Part shown: positions 22,039-29,929 of the stretch, piece by piece | Numbering within the stretch: position 1 is the stretch's first letter | Layout of the letters: every line of letters starts with the position of its first letter | Assembly: GCA_963753835.1 (NCBI GenBank) | Contig: CAVWDP010000003.1 | Coordinates: 89,589-153,588, forward strand | Direction: 5' to 3' | Length of the DNA stretch: 64,000 bases | From: an uncultured Bacteroidales bacterium | GTDB lineage: Bacteria; Bacteroidota; Bacteroidia; Bacteroidales; B18-G4 | The notes under the pieces: generated by a model | What the model was told of the DNA's origin: nothing | Seen by the model: only the letters and a program-made list of their open reading frames with translations | Databases searched by the model: none | Made by a program: the position numbers and the translations under genes

Positions 22039-22039
22039 C

Positions 22040-22150
22040 GTTACTGGTTACTGGCTACTGGTCACTGGTTACTGGTTACTGGCTACTGGTTGCTGGTCAC
22101 TGGTTACTTGTTACTGGCTACTGGTCACTAGTTACTGGCGACTAGTCACA
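22040..22150. repeat. tandem heptamer array GYYACTG x16
   Basis: gttactg gttactg gctactg gtcactg ... gcgacta gtcaca. It runs into the stop codon (22146-22148) of the four-helix-bundle gene. Track ORF 21954..22145 is just its translation. Confidence 0.9.
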
Positions 22151-22514
22151 TCTTAGTTGATGATTCCAGGGTTTGTATAAACATGTTGATTTTTCGGCCT
22201 AATACATTTAAATTTTTCCTCATTATTTCATATTTCTCCTTATCAGAATATGATCCACACCCATAAAGAGTTTCTAGGTGATCAAGGGTTTCATCATTTG
22301 ATGCTTGAGCGTAGATAAGAAAGCGAATATATTCTTTAACATACCTTCTTCTACCATACCCTTCAACGATATTGGATTTTATCGATTTGGATGACCGGCG
22401 AATCTGCGAGCCAGTTTCATAAAATTCAAAACCAGGAAGGGCTTTGGTCATTTCGTGTATATCGACAACCACTTTGAATGAGAGTTCCCAAATTTTCAGA
22501 TTTTTATAACTCAC
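22146..22514 (-). CDS. four-helix-bundle protein (TIGR02436 / '23S rRNA intervening sequence protein' family)
   Basis: 122 aa; family hallmarks [58 protein letters not shown]; GTG start. Confidence 0.85.
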   Translation of the reverse strand: MSYKNLKIWELSFKVVVDIHEMTKALPGFEFYETGSQIRRSSKSIKSNIVEGYGRRRYVKEYIRFLIYAQASNDETLDHLETLYGCGSYSDKEKYEIMRKNLNVLGRKINMFIQTLESSTKM

Positions 22515-22579
22515 GATGTTATTGATTTATACATACTTATTTATACCCAAAATCATAAAATGTCCCCCCGTCGGCAGTA

Positions 22580-22597
22580 ATATTTAATAAAATCTAC
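22580..22597. repeat. right inverted repeat of the four-helix-bundle gene cassette
   Basis: See 22021-22038. A short degenerate inverted copy of the heptamer array (caaccagtgactagcatcaagtacccagg) follows at about 22632-22660. Confidence 0.6.
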
Positions 22598-22717
22598 TTG
22601 ATGAAAAACCTAAACTTGAGTTACAGGCACACAACCAGTGACTAGCATCAAGTACCCAGGATCAATCAATAAGATCCAACTAGCTTTCGGATTGGATGCA
22701 TTTTTTTAAAAAAGCCG

Positions 22718-22725
22718 TATCTTTG
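22718..22725 (+). promoter_or_regulatory. -7 box TATCTTTG for tRNA-Cys
   Basis: Exact TAnnTTTG match ending 12 nt before the tRNA 5' end. Confidence 0.55.
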
Positions 22726-22737
22726 CCCTGCAAACCT

Positions 22738-22808
22738 GGTCTCGTGGCCGAGCGGCTAGGCAGGGGTCTGCAAAACCTCGTACAGCGGTTCGAATCCGCT
22801 CGAGACCT
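22738..22808 (+). tRNA. tRNA-Cys (GCA)
   Basis: Hand-folded cloverleaf: acceptor GGTCTCG/CGAGACC; 3-bp D stem; anticodon stem GGGGT/ACCTC with loop CTGCAAA (anticodon GCA); T arm AGCGG-TTCGAAT-CCGCT. 71 nt, CCA not encoded. Confidence 0.9.
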
Positions 22809-22813
22809 CAAAC

Positions 22814-22866
22814 AAAGGCGCATTTTACCCGACGAAGCTTTAGCGAAGTCAGGAAGCGCCTTTTTT
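22814..22866. terminator. bidirectional intrinsic terminator between tRNA-Cys and the convergent SOUL gene
   Basis: aaaggcgc (22814-22821) pairs with gcgccttt (22856-22863). An A-tract lies on the left and TTTTTTATTTTT on the right. The loop is long (about 34 nt). Confidence 0.55.
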
Positions 22867-22882
22867 ATTTTTATACCGGGAT

Positions 22883-23491
22883 CTATTCATTCCTATGATC
22901 AATCCTTACCATAATCTCATTTCTTCTGTTTACCATTTGATATGGCGGATCGTATCCCAGATAAACAAAGGGCTCATGGAATTCTATCCCTTTATTGATA
23001 AGGTATTCCTCGAGAAAGCGTTTTTGCTCTTCTATTTTGTCATCACTGGCAAACCCACCAAAGCGGACCGATGCTGTGTAGGCAGGATTGGAATTATGGA
23101 TCCGGATCTGACCGTTGTCAGGTAATGGAAGGTTGGTAGTATCAAATCCAGCAGGCATGACAAAGCTCATAAAGTACCCGCTCGAATCTTCCGTCATATG
23201 GACAGGGGCTGTCATGGCAATCTTAGTGTCCTCGCTATTGGCTCCGAAAATATATCCTGCCAGAATACGAAAGCCGGCACCAGACGAATTCCTGTAATCC
23301 CCGTCAACTGACACGCTGGCCATTGTGGCTTCGGGGTAATACCTGATCTCAAATGTACCATCAGTTTCAATGACCTCATACTCTTGCTGTTCAGTATTAT
23401 CAGTGTTTTTCACAACCGAGGCCTGAACGAATGCGAGAAAGACCACAAAAGCAAAGAATATAATAAGGAAAGTTTTCATTTTTTTTTGCAT
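22883..23491 (-). CDS. SOUL/HEBP-family heme-binding protein, secreted
   Basis: ORF trimmed to MQKKMKTFLIIFF.. (signal peptide). SOUL signature blocks: YEVIE..FEIRYYP, GFRILAGYIFG.N, IAMTAPV, RFGGFASD, GYDPPY. Confidence 0.8.
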   Translation of the reverse strand: MQKKMKTFLIIFFAFVVFLAFVQASVVKNTDNTEQQEYEVIETDGTFEIRYYPEATMASVSVDGDYRNSSGAGFRILAGYIFGANSEDTKIAMTAPVHMTEDSSGYFMSFVMPAGFDTTNLPLPDNGQIRIHNSNPAYTASVRFGGFASDDKIEEQKRFLEEYLINKGIEFHEPFVYLGYDPPYQMVNRRNEIMVRIDHRNE

Positions 23492-23492
23492 T

Positions 23493-23526
23493 AAAAACCC
23501 CGTCCACACAAGAGCGCAGACGGGGT
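23493..23526 (-). terminator. intrinsic terminator after the 2xFAS1 gene
   Basis: Minus strand: accccgtc-14 nt-gacggggt followed by TTTTT. It lies 19 nt after the stop at 23545 and directly before the SOUL start. Confidence 0.75.
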
Positions 23527-23544
23527 AAGATTTATCTAACTAAC

Positions 23545-24504
23545 TTAGGGAAGGATTACGGCATCAATCACGTGAATCACGCCATTGGTACCTTGTACGT
23601 CTGTTGCAATTACATTTGAGGTTCCGTTGAGCTTCACACCCATATCAGAAACCATAATGTCAATTTTTGAATCAGGATTCAGGGTTGGGACCATACCGCT
23701 TGTTACATCAGCAGCACGGACATTTCCGCTTACTACATGATAAAGCAGGATCGGGGTCAGCTGATCAGCTGTCAGGTCTGCAATACCACTTACGCCCAAT
23801 GTGGCGAACAATGATTCAAAAGCAGCGTTTGTTGGCGCGAAGACGGTAAAAGGACCATCTCCTTTAAGCGCGTCAACCAATCCGGCTTTGACAACCGCTT
23901 CTACCAGGATGCTGAAATTTGAATTGTGGATGGCGATGTCAACAACATCGGTTGGCAACAAAACCTTGTCAATGATATGAATTATCCCATTTGAGGTCAT
24001 CACATCAGCGGTGGTTACGTTCGCTCCTCCATTCAACTGTACGCCTTTGCTGGCATCAGCTAGAATAAGTACGCTGTTGTTGTTGGGAGCAGTTGTATTC
24101 AAAGAAGGAATATAACCACTAGTAACATCTGCAGCCATTACCTTGCCGCTTACAACATGATAAAGCAGGATCGGGGTCAGCTGTTCTGCAGTTAAGTCTT
24201 CAACTCCATTGACACCAAGCTGATCAAACAGCATGTTAAAGGCATCATTGGTTGGTGCGAAAACAGTCATTGGGCCGTCAGCACTCAGGGCATCTGCCAG
24301 ACCAGCCTTTACAACAGCATCTACCAGGATGCTGAATTGAGGCAACGATTGGGCTGTTTCAACGATGTTCATTTCTTGCGGAATAGGTGTAGGAGCAGGG
24401 GTCATATCTTCTGTTTCATCTTTTTTACATGAAGCAAGAACGACTACTGCGACCATCATTAAGGCGATGGATTTCAAGTTGAATTTAATTTTGCGTGTTT
24501 TCAT
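23545..24504 (-). CDS. fasciclin (FAS1) domain lipoprotein, two FAS1 domains
   Basis: 319 aa; lipobox VLASC; repeated blocks ..TVFAPTN.AF..L....L..ILLYHVVSG....NGIIHIIDKVLLP. Confidence 0.85.
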   Translation of the reverse strand: MKTRKIKFNLKSIALMMVAVVVLASCKKDETEDMTPAPTPIPQEMNIVETAQSLPQFSILVDAVVKAGLADALSADGPMTVFAPTNDAFNMLFDQLGVNGVEDLTAEQLTPILLYHVVSGKVMAADVTSGYIPSLNTTAPNNNSVLILADASKGVQLNGGANVTTADVMTSNGIIHIIDKVLLPTDVVDIAIHNSNFSILVEAVVKAGLVDALKGDGPFTVFAPTNAAFESLFATLGVSGIADLTADQLTPILLYHVVSGNVRAADVTSGMVPTLNPDSKIDIMVSDMGVKLNGTSNVIATDVQGTNGVIHVIDAVILP

Positions 24505-24555
24505 GATTGTTGTTTTTCGTGTTTATTAATAATTAAAATTGTTTGTTATGTTTCA

Positions 24556-24595
24556 ATTCTGTGGGTTTGTTTGATTCTGTGGGTTTGTTTGATTC
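24556..24595. repeat. tandem 18-mer (ATTCTGTGGGTTTGTTTG x2.2)
   Basis: Read directly, between the two fasciclin genes. Confidence 0.85.
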
Positions 24596-24633
24596 AAAAA
24601 TGCCGGGGCAAACATGAAAACACGATGCCCCGG
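24596..24633 (-). terminator. intrinsic terminator after the 1xFAS1 gene
   Basis: Minus strand: ccggggca-15 nt-tgccccgg followed by TTTTT, 15 nt after the stop at 24649. Confidence 0.75.
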
Positions 24634-24648
24634 ACATTGATTGCTGTT

Positions 24649-25221
24649 TTAATTACAGCCACTTTTTGATTGAGTGGTTTTAGTTGATTGAGTGGTTTTA
24701 GTTTCAGGAAGAAGAACCCTGTCAATGACATGGATCACCCCATTTGAGCCTTCTACGTCAGTAATAATGACAGCAGAAGCATTGTCAATTTTCACTCCTT
24801 TTTTGCTGGCATCAATGCTCATCCAGGCATCCTCATTCAATGTGGACACTTTTCCGGATTTAACATCAGCAGCCATTACTTTACCACTTAAGACGTGGTA
24901 CAGCAGGATCGGGGTCAGCTGTTCTGCTGTGAGGTCTTCAACACCATTTACACCGAGGTCTTCAAAAAGCATTTCAAAGGCATCATTGGTTGGTGCAAAT
25001 ACCGTGTATGGTCCTTCAGCGCTTAATGCATCTACAAGACCGGCCTTACTGACGGCCTCAACAAGAATGCTGAAACGTTCGTCTGCAATGGCAATTTCTA
25101 CTACCGTCATTTCGGGAGTTCCCTCATTAACAGTCCTGGCATTGGCTGAACTAATTACTGTTAAGCTTGTAAATAATGTAAGTACGAACAAGCTGATGGC
25201 GAATCTTTTTATTGTTTTCAT
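24649..25221 (-). CDS. fasciclin (FAS1) domain protein, one FAS1 domain
   Basis: 190 aa, signal peptide, same FAS1 blocks as above. The C-terminal TKTTQS x2 is encoded by an 18-nt tandem duplication (about 24667-24702). Confidence 0.85.
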   Translation of the reverse strand: MKTIKRFAISLFVLTLFTSLTVISSANARTVNEGTPEMTVVEIAIADERFSILVEAVSKAGLVDALSAEGPYTVFAPTNDAFEMLFEDLGVNGVEDLTAEQLTPILLYHVLSGKVMAADVKSGKVSTLNEDAWMSIDASKKGVKIDNASAVIITDVEGSNGVIHVIDRVLLPETKTTQSTKTTQSKSGCN

Positions 25222-25361
25222 GATTTGTTGTTTTTATGTTATTGTTTGGTTGAATTACATAAGTAACAACAGTAACCACTATTTTGTTTAACAAAAAGAT
25301 AAAATAATTAAACAAAATTAAGATTGACACACCTAACCACCTGAATTATAAACAGATAAGA

Positions 25362-26525
25362 TTATGAAAAAATAATGAATTTTTTTAGATCATCCTGTAA
25401 AATTTGCTCAATCCTATCATAATTTGATGCATCCGTATGGGTAAAAAGAATACCGAAAATGGGATATTGGTGATAGTCTATCTTGCGTAACTCCAAAGGT
25501 TCTCCAAGGTCATGAATAAGGGCCTCATAATCGAACGACTTGATCTCATCTGCGGAATATCCCGTCGAATTATCCAAAATAATGATACTGTAAATATCTC
25601 CGTCGGAGGAGGAAAGAATCTTTGGCCAGTCGGGTTTTATGTTATTAATATAGTACTCATAAGGATTGAACCCAAAGGCATAATGGGTCAGATCGGCGGA
25701 GGTGCACCAGGCACCGAAACGTAATGGATTTACCTCTATAGGAACCAGGTTCCCATGCTCATCGATCCTAACCTCAGTATGCAGGGAAAAGTTTTTTAAT
25801 TGTGCCCGACTGCCAAGATCTTCCAGGAATGCATCAAAGATTCCCAGCTTGCTCCTGACAATTTCTGCGGAGGTATTGTAAACCCGGTCGCTAACATCCC
25901 CTTCTCCTGAAAAAGGATGCTCCAGTACCCCAAGAACTGTCGCTTTACCATCATGATCATAATAAGCATCAAAGGCATACTCATCACCCCTGATACATTC
26001 TTCGATGATATAGGAATCCAGGTTCAGCACTTCATCTGGATAGATGGAGCGGATCCTGACAATATCTTCTCCGATCTGATTCTTAACTGTTTCCCACGAA
26101 TTGTCATCAAACACTTTATAAACTCCCATGGAAAAGAAGCCGGTAGCAGGTTTTATTATGAAGGGAAGCGGAAATGTGCTGATATCGAGCTTGTCAAGAT
26201 CCCCGGAAAGGACTTTTTTAAAGAAAAAATCCGGATAAAGATCTGACAATAGTTTCCGGAAAGCATATTTATCCTTGAACAGACTGATCTTTTCCGGCAG
26301 GTCAGTAAAGCGCAGGTTCTCATAAATCCAGGCCAGGGCATTCTCAGATGTAGTATGAAGATTTGTAGCCGGACTTTTCTGCATACTAATGATGACGTCT
26401 TCGTCATGAAGAAGATTAAGCTCTCCCGCTGCTATCATATTACCAGTATCCAGGGCCTGAAAATGGCCATCACGGATACTTTGTTTTACAAAATCTGAAA
26501 TTAATGGCTTGTCGAGAAGGATCAT
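25362..26525 (-). CDS. ATP-grasp domain enzyme of unknown substrate
   Basis: 387 aa; central ATP-grasp pattern (PFIIKPATGFFSMGVYKV .. IIEECIRGDEYAFDAYY .. EVNPLRFG). Confidence 0.7.
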   Translation of the reverse strand: MILLDKPLISDFVKQSIRDGHFQALDTGNMIAAGELNLLHDEDVIISMQKSPATNLHTTSENALAWIYENLRFTDLPEKISLFKDKYAFRKLLSDLYPDFFFKKVLSGDLDKLDISTFPLPFIIKPATGFFSMGVYKVFDDNSWETVKNQIGEDIVRIRSIYPDEVLNLDSYIIEECIRGDEYAFDAYYDHDGKATVLGVLEHPFSGEGDVSDRVYNTSAEIVRSKLGIFDAFLEDLGSRAQLKNFSLHTEVRIDEHGNLVPIEVNPLRFGAWCTSADLTHYAFGFNPYEYYINNIKPDWPKILSSSDGDIYSIIILDNSTGYSADEIKSFDYEALIHDLGEPLELRKIDYHQYPIFGILFTHTDASNYDRIEQILQDDLKKFIIFS

Positions 26526-26553
26526 TTTAATTAATGCATTGATCTGTAAGGCG

Positions 26554-26561
26554 CAAATATA
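26554..26561 (-). promoter_or_regulatory. -7 box TATATTTG (minus strand) for the ATP-grasp gene
   Basis: Plus-strand CAAATATA lies 29 nt upstream of the start at 26525. Confidence 0.45.
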
Positions 26562-26565
26562 GTAG

Positions 26566-26646
26566 AATCAGTTGAATCGGTTGAATCAGTTGAATTGGTT
26601 GAATCAGTTGAATTGGTTGAATCAGTTGAATTGGTTAATCGGTTGG
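26566..26646. repeat. tandem nonamer array (NNGTTGAAT x9)
   Basis: aatcagttgaatcggttgaatcagttgaattggttgaatcag...ttggttaatcggttgg. Same family as 45148-45190. Confidence 0.9.
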
Positions 26647-26679
26647 TCCTCGACAATGTTATTCTTTTCGGTTATGAGC

Positions 26680-26699
26680 TCCCCCGAGTACTCGGGGTC
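26680..26699. repeat. 20-nt element TCCCCCGAGTACTCGGGGTC containing a perfect 16-nt palindrome
   Basis: An identical 20-mer recurs at 41701-41720. Both are followed within about 15 nt by CATGACA. Confidence 0.85.
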
Positions 26700-26738
26700 G
26701 GTTCGCTCAACATGACAGTAAGCTGAATTCAGAATTAT

Positions 26739-26777
26739 CAGTAGACCAGCAACGAGTAACAAGCCACCAGCAACCAG
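26739..26777. repeat. heptamer array (CCAGCAA-type)
   Basis: cagtagaccagcaacgagtaacaagccaccagcaaccag; ends 4 nt from the stop at 26782. Confidence 0.8.
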
Positions 26778-26781
26778 AAAT

Positions 26782-27801
26782 CTATTTAAATAATTTCACA
26801 ATCAGTGCGATGAGCAATAGAAGAATTACAATTCCGCTTACAATAAACGCCCAATAGTTAACCACCCGCGACTCCACCGTCATTTCATAATCCTCGAAGT
26901 AGAAAGAAAGGGGGGCAATATCCCAGCTAACTGTATTCCCATGCATCATGGTAGCATTGGTTTCGGTGATCAATCCTGGCATTTCGGCCTCAAGTGTATA
27001 TTTTTCTGCAAAAATCAGCTTTGCTATATAGATATTCAATTCATCAAGGTCCTGGAAAACAGGAGGTTCAATATCATGAAGACGGGCCAATTCCGGGTTT
27101 CCTGACCAGGCCACCAGGGCGTCAATAGCAACTTCAAATTTGCCATCCGACCATTTCATAACATTTGCAGCAATGCTGTCTCTGTACAATGACAGGTCAA
27201 AATCTTTAAGCCCGGGCTCATCAAGCTGATTGAGCCCCTTTTCAAGGTCATCCATAATTCCAATAAGCAGGGCATTGGTCCAGTATCTGTCTAACCGGGC
27301 ATCCGCACTGTCGTAACGAATGCTATCTTTCTTGCTTTGCTGTGTTTTCACTTCTGAAAGCCATAATAAATCCTCATTGTTGAGATATCCGTGATAATCC
27401 TCTGCCATTGGATTTGCGGCTTTGTACACCTGGCGGTAAGTAATGAAGGAGTAGAAGAACATAAACCTTTTTGAAATCTCTACATCACGCTGTATTTGAC
27501 TTCTCCAACTGGTGTCATTGTGAATTTCTGCATTCAGCAAATCATCGTTTTTGTAGGTTTTGGTGTATGTGCAGATATATTTGGTTGTATCTGAAGTGTC
27601 ACTGTAAAATTCCCGCACCCAGCTGCTATCAACCGGATATGGCAAATCAAGTTTAATTACATCAGCTGAATCACCTTTCAGGGTTATAAGCCTTGTAAAA
27701 GACCCATCATTGTTGATGGTTGTTTTAATGGTGATTTCACGGCAGCTGCTCAGGGCAAAGCCTATGAGCAGAACCATATAGATCAAATGTTTTGTTTTCA
27801 T
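26782..27801 (-). CDS. hypothetical lipoprotein with C-terminal TM anchor, third gene of the ECF sigma module
   Basis: 339 aa; lipobox FALSSC; C-terminal helix FIVSGIVILLLLIALIV. I recognise no family. Confidence 0.6.
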   Translation of the reverse strand: MKTKHLIYMVLLIGFALSSCREITIKTTINNDGSFTRLITLKGDSADVIKLDLPYPVDSSWVREFYSDTSDTTKYICTYTKTYKNDDLLNAEIHNDTSWRSQIQRDVEISKRFMFFYSFITYRQVYKAANPMAEDYHGYLNNEDLLWLSEVKTQQSKKDSIRYDSADARLDRYWTNALLIGIMDDLEKGLNQLDEPGLKDFDLSLYRDSIAANVMKWSDGKFEVAIDALVAWSGNPELARLHDIEPPVFQDLDELNIYIAKLIFAEKYTLEAEMPGLITETNATMMHGNTVSWDIAPLSFYFEDYEMTVESRVVNYWAFIVSGIVILLLLIALIVKLFK

Positions 27802-27813
27802 GGCATTCTTGTT

Positions 27814-28338
27814 TTAAATGTTATTGGCCATTGAGCTAATTTTTTCAACCAGCTCCCTGTTATTTGTTTTGATATGATTGAAGCTCCTGAGTGTCCGTAT
27901 TTCCCAGGAGTTAAGCTTATTCAGGCCCTTTCTGCCAAATTCAGCCTCTGGCACATTTTGATATTGTGTTTCCAGCTGATTGATTTTATCGAGTACCAGG
28001 TATTGCTCGAAGGCAAAGAGGGAGAATAAGATGACAGCTGCGGCAGAAATCGACCAGCGAAATATTTTGTTTTGAAAAATGGTAAGATGTTTGACCTCCT
28101 TTTCACTTTCTGAGTCATGCAGGGCGTCCATAATGTCATCAGTCAGGCCCGACGGATCGCTTAATTCGGGTTCGAAATCGCGGATATGAGTGATAAGGCC
28201 AGAGGCTTTGCCATGGGCCATAAAATGCCTATGACAATCACGGCAAGCTTCAAGATGATCCCTGGTTTCCGGACCTAATTCCCCTGCCCACTCGCTGAAA
28301 TATTTGTCTATATTCTGTATTGCCTTTTCACATTTCAT
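27814..28338 (-). CDS. anti-sigma factor (zf-HC2 type, single TM)
   Basis: 174 aa; HLEACRDCHRHF motif; one TM helix. 4-nt overlap with the sigma factor gene. Confidence 0.7.
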   Translation of the reverse strand: MKCEKAIQNIDKYFSEWAGELGPETRDHLEACRDCHRHFMAHGKASGLITHIRDFEPELSDPSGLTDDIMDALHDSESEKEVKHLTIFQNKIFRWSISAAAVILFSLFAFEQYLVLDKINQLETQYQNVPEAEFGRKGLNKLNSWEIRTLRSFNHIKTNNRELVEKISSMANNI

Positions 28339-28892
28339 GATTCACTCCTTTCATATGCTAAGACGCTGGTAAGCTTTTCCCTGATTGCCTTCCTGGCATG
28401 ATAAAGATTGCTTTTTATGGTATCCTCTGCCAGGCCGCTGATCTCCTGAACTTCTTTCTGGGATAAACCATGCAGGTCGCGCAAACTGAAAACCAATTGT
28501 TGCTTTTCGGGCAGCCCGGATGTGATTGACCTTATCAGTTCCCCGGCCTCGCGGTTTTCCAGGACGATATCTATACCGCTTTCTGTGGTAGCCAGCGTTT
28601 CCGGGATTATTTTTTCGAGGCTTATTACGGGCCTGCGTTTCTGTGCCCTTATGCTGTCAATAGCCCTGTTACTTACGATCCTGTACATCCAGTTTGAGAA
28701 TTTTTCCTTGTCATTATATGTATTAAACTTTTCCCAGATTTTAATGAAGCTTTCCTGGACCACATCCCTGGCTTCATCCTCATCTCCCAGCATTCTGAAT
28801 GCAAGCCTGAATGCCTGCTGCTGATATTTTTCCACCAGCATTCTGAATGCATTTTTATCTCCCCTTTTTATTTTCTGAATTATTTCTTGCAA
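28335..28892 (-). CDS. ECF (group IV) RNA polymerase sigma-70 factor
   Basis: 185 aa; region 2 (DVVQESFIKIWEK..F..W.YRIV.N.AID) and region 4 (LSQKEVQEISGLAEDTIKSNLYHARKAI). Confidence 0.9.
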   Translation of the reverse strand: MQEIIQKIKRGDKNAFRMLVEKYQQQAFRLAFRMLGDEDEARDVVQESFIKIWEKFNTYNDKEKFSNWMYRIVSNRAIDSIRAQKRRPVISLEKIIPETLATTESGIDIVLENREAGELIRSITSGLPEKQQLVFSLRDLHGLSQKEVQEISGLAEDTIKSNLYHARKAIREKLTSVLAYERSES

Positions 28893-29045
28893 AACGATCT
28901 GTTTAAAAAGTTCGTTCTATAATAAGTACGTCTGGAAATACTAAAGGTAAAAATTTAAATCGGTCAGGCCATGTTGGCAAACAGCCCTGAATACGCCATA
29001 TGGTAACACTAGAAGATAATTTGAAAAGAAAAATCAGGCAATAGT

Positions 29046-29735
29046 TTATCCCAGGTCACAAATACGATGCAGTGCATCAAGATCACTGAGGGAAATGGTC
29101 TTACCATTTAACTCAATCAGCTTATCATCCTGAAACTTCTTAAGGATCCTGCTCACGTTTTCTGTCGACATCCCAGCCAGCTCTGCGAGCTCTTTACGTG
29201 TGAGGTCGAGCTCAAACTTATTAGATTTAAATACACGACCGGATAAACATAATAGGAGGTCAGCCAGCCGGCCATAGGATTGTCGGTGGGTGAGACAGAA
29301 AAAACGGTTGTTGATCTGATTGCTGTTCTCGCTAAGGATGCTGATCACCTTTGATGCAAAGAGGCCATTTTCGCGAATCAGCTGCTTAAACGTAGAAATA
29401 TCGATAAGCCTGGCAATAGATCGCTGGTAGGCAGCGGCTGAATATTGAAAGACTTCTTCTCCCTCAGAGAGCGATGACAGGCCAACAAGATTACCCGGAC
29501 TGATGATCTTCAGAATAAGTGTTTGATTGCCATGCTCCAGATATACCTTAACCAGGCCTTCACATAAAAAAACAACATGGGATGCAAAGGCCCCGTGCTT
29601 AGCGATGATCTCACCTTTGTTGTATTCAACGGTAACCTGCTTTTTTTCAAGCAAGGCCATTTGTTCTTCAGTCAGTGCCTCAAAACACTTGCAATGATCA
29701 TCTGCCACCGTACAACTTGTGCGAACTGCTACCAT
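29046..29735 (-). CDS. Crp/Fnr-family transcriptional regulator with N-terminal Cys cluster
   Basis: ORF trimmed to MVAVRTSCTVADDHCKCFEAL.. (229 aa). It has a cNMP-binding-like beta-barrel and a C-terminal HTH (LTRKELAELAGMSTENVSRILKKF). Cys8/15/17 recall the Fe-S ligands of FNR. Confidence 0.85.
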   Translation of the reverse strand: MVAVRTSCTVADDHCKCFEALTEEQMALLEKKQVTVEYNKGEIIAKHGAFASHVVFLCEGLVKVYLEHGNQTLILKIISPGNLVGLSSLSEGEEVFQYSAAAYQRSIARLIDISTFKQLIRENGLFASKVISILSENSNQINNRFFCLTHRQSYGRLADLLLCLSGRVFKSNKFELDLTRKELAELAGMSTENVSRILKKFQDDKLIELNGKTISLSDLDALHRICDLG

Positions 29736-29761
29736 CTCAATTCTGATTAATTGTAGAAGTA

Positions 29762-29769
29762 CAAAGATA
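29762..29769 (-). promoter_or_regulatory. -7 box TATCTTTG (minus strand) for the Crp/Fnr gene
   Basis: Plus-strand CAAAGATA lies 27 nt upstream of the start at 29735. Confidence 0.5.
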
Positions 29770-29810
29770 AGGTAAATCAATATTGAAACCAATACCGGAG
29801 TATAAAAATA

Positions 29811-29824
29811 TTGATCTATATCAA
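29811..29824. promoter_or_regulatory. perfect FNR/CRP-type palindrome TTGAT-N4-ATCAA
   Basis: ttgatctatatcaa sits in the divergent spacer between the Crp/Fnr gene and the cytochrome operon. It is 42 nt from the regulator's -7 box and 55 nt from the operon's -7 box. Confidence 0.6.
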
Positions 29825-29878
29825 TACAATGATAGACCAGCATCATATTCTACATGTTTGAGTATTCGCCCCTACTGT

Positions 29879-29886
29879 TAATTTTG
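29879..29886 (+). promoter_or_regulatory. -7 box TAATTTTG for the cytochrome operon
   Basis: TAnnTTTG match 44 nt upstream of the ATG at 29930. Confidence 0.45.
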
Positions 29887-29929
29887 TAACAACTGATAAA
29901 CCTAACAAAACAAATAAGCCTAAAAAGTT

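Noticed and set aside
21954-22145. 63-aa ORF (..VTGYWSLVTGYWLLVAGHW..).
   Set aside because: It is purely the translation of the GYYACTG heptamer array and has no start context.
22515-22737. Integrative element at tRNA-Cys.
   Set aside because: There is no integrase, excisionase or att-like duplication of the tRNA 3' end nearby. Only the small IR-bounded cassette is present, and it is reported separately.
22696-22914. 72-aa plus-strand ORF.
   Set aside because: It overlaps tRNA-Cys and its terminator.
24692-25291. 199-aa plus-strand ORF.
   Set aside because: It is an antisense shadow of the fasciclin gene with Ser/Thr/Ala-rich low-complexity translation. The minus-strand product has clear FAS1 motifs.
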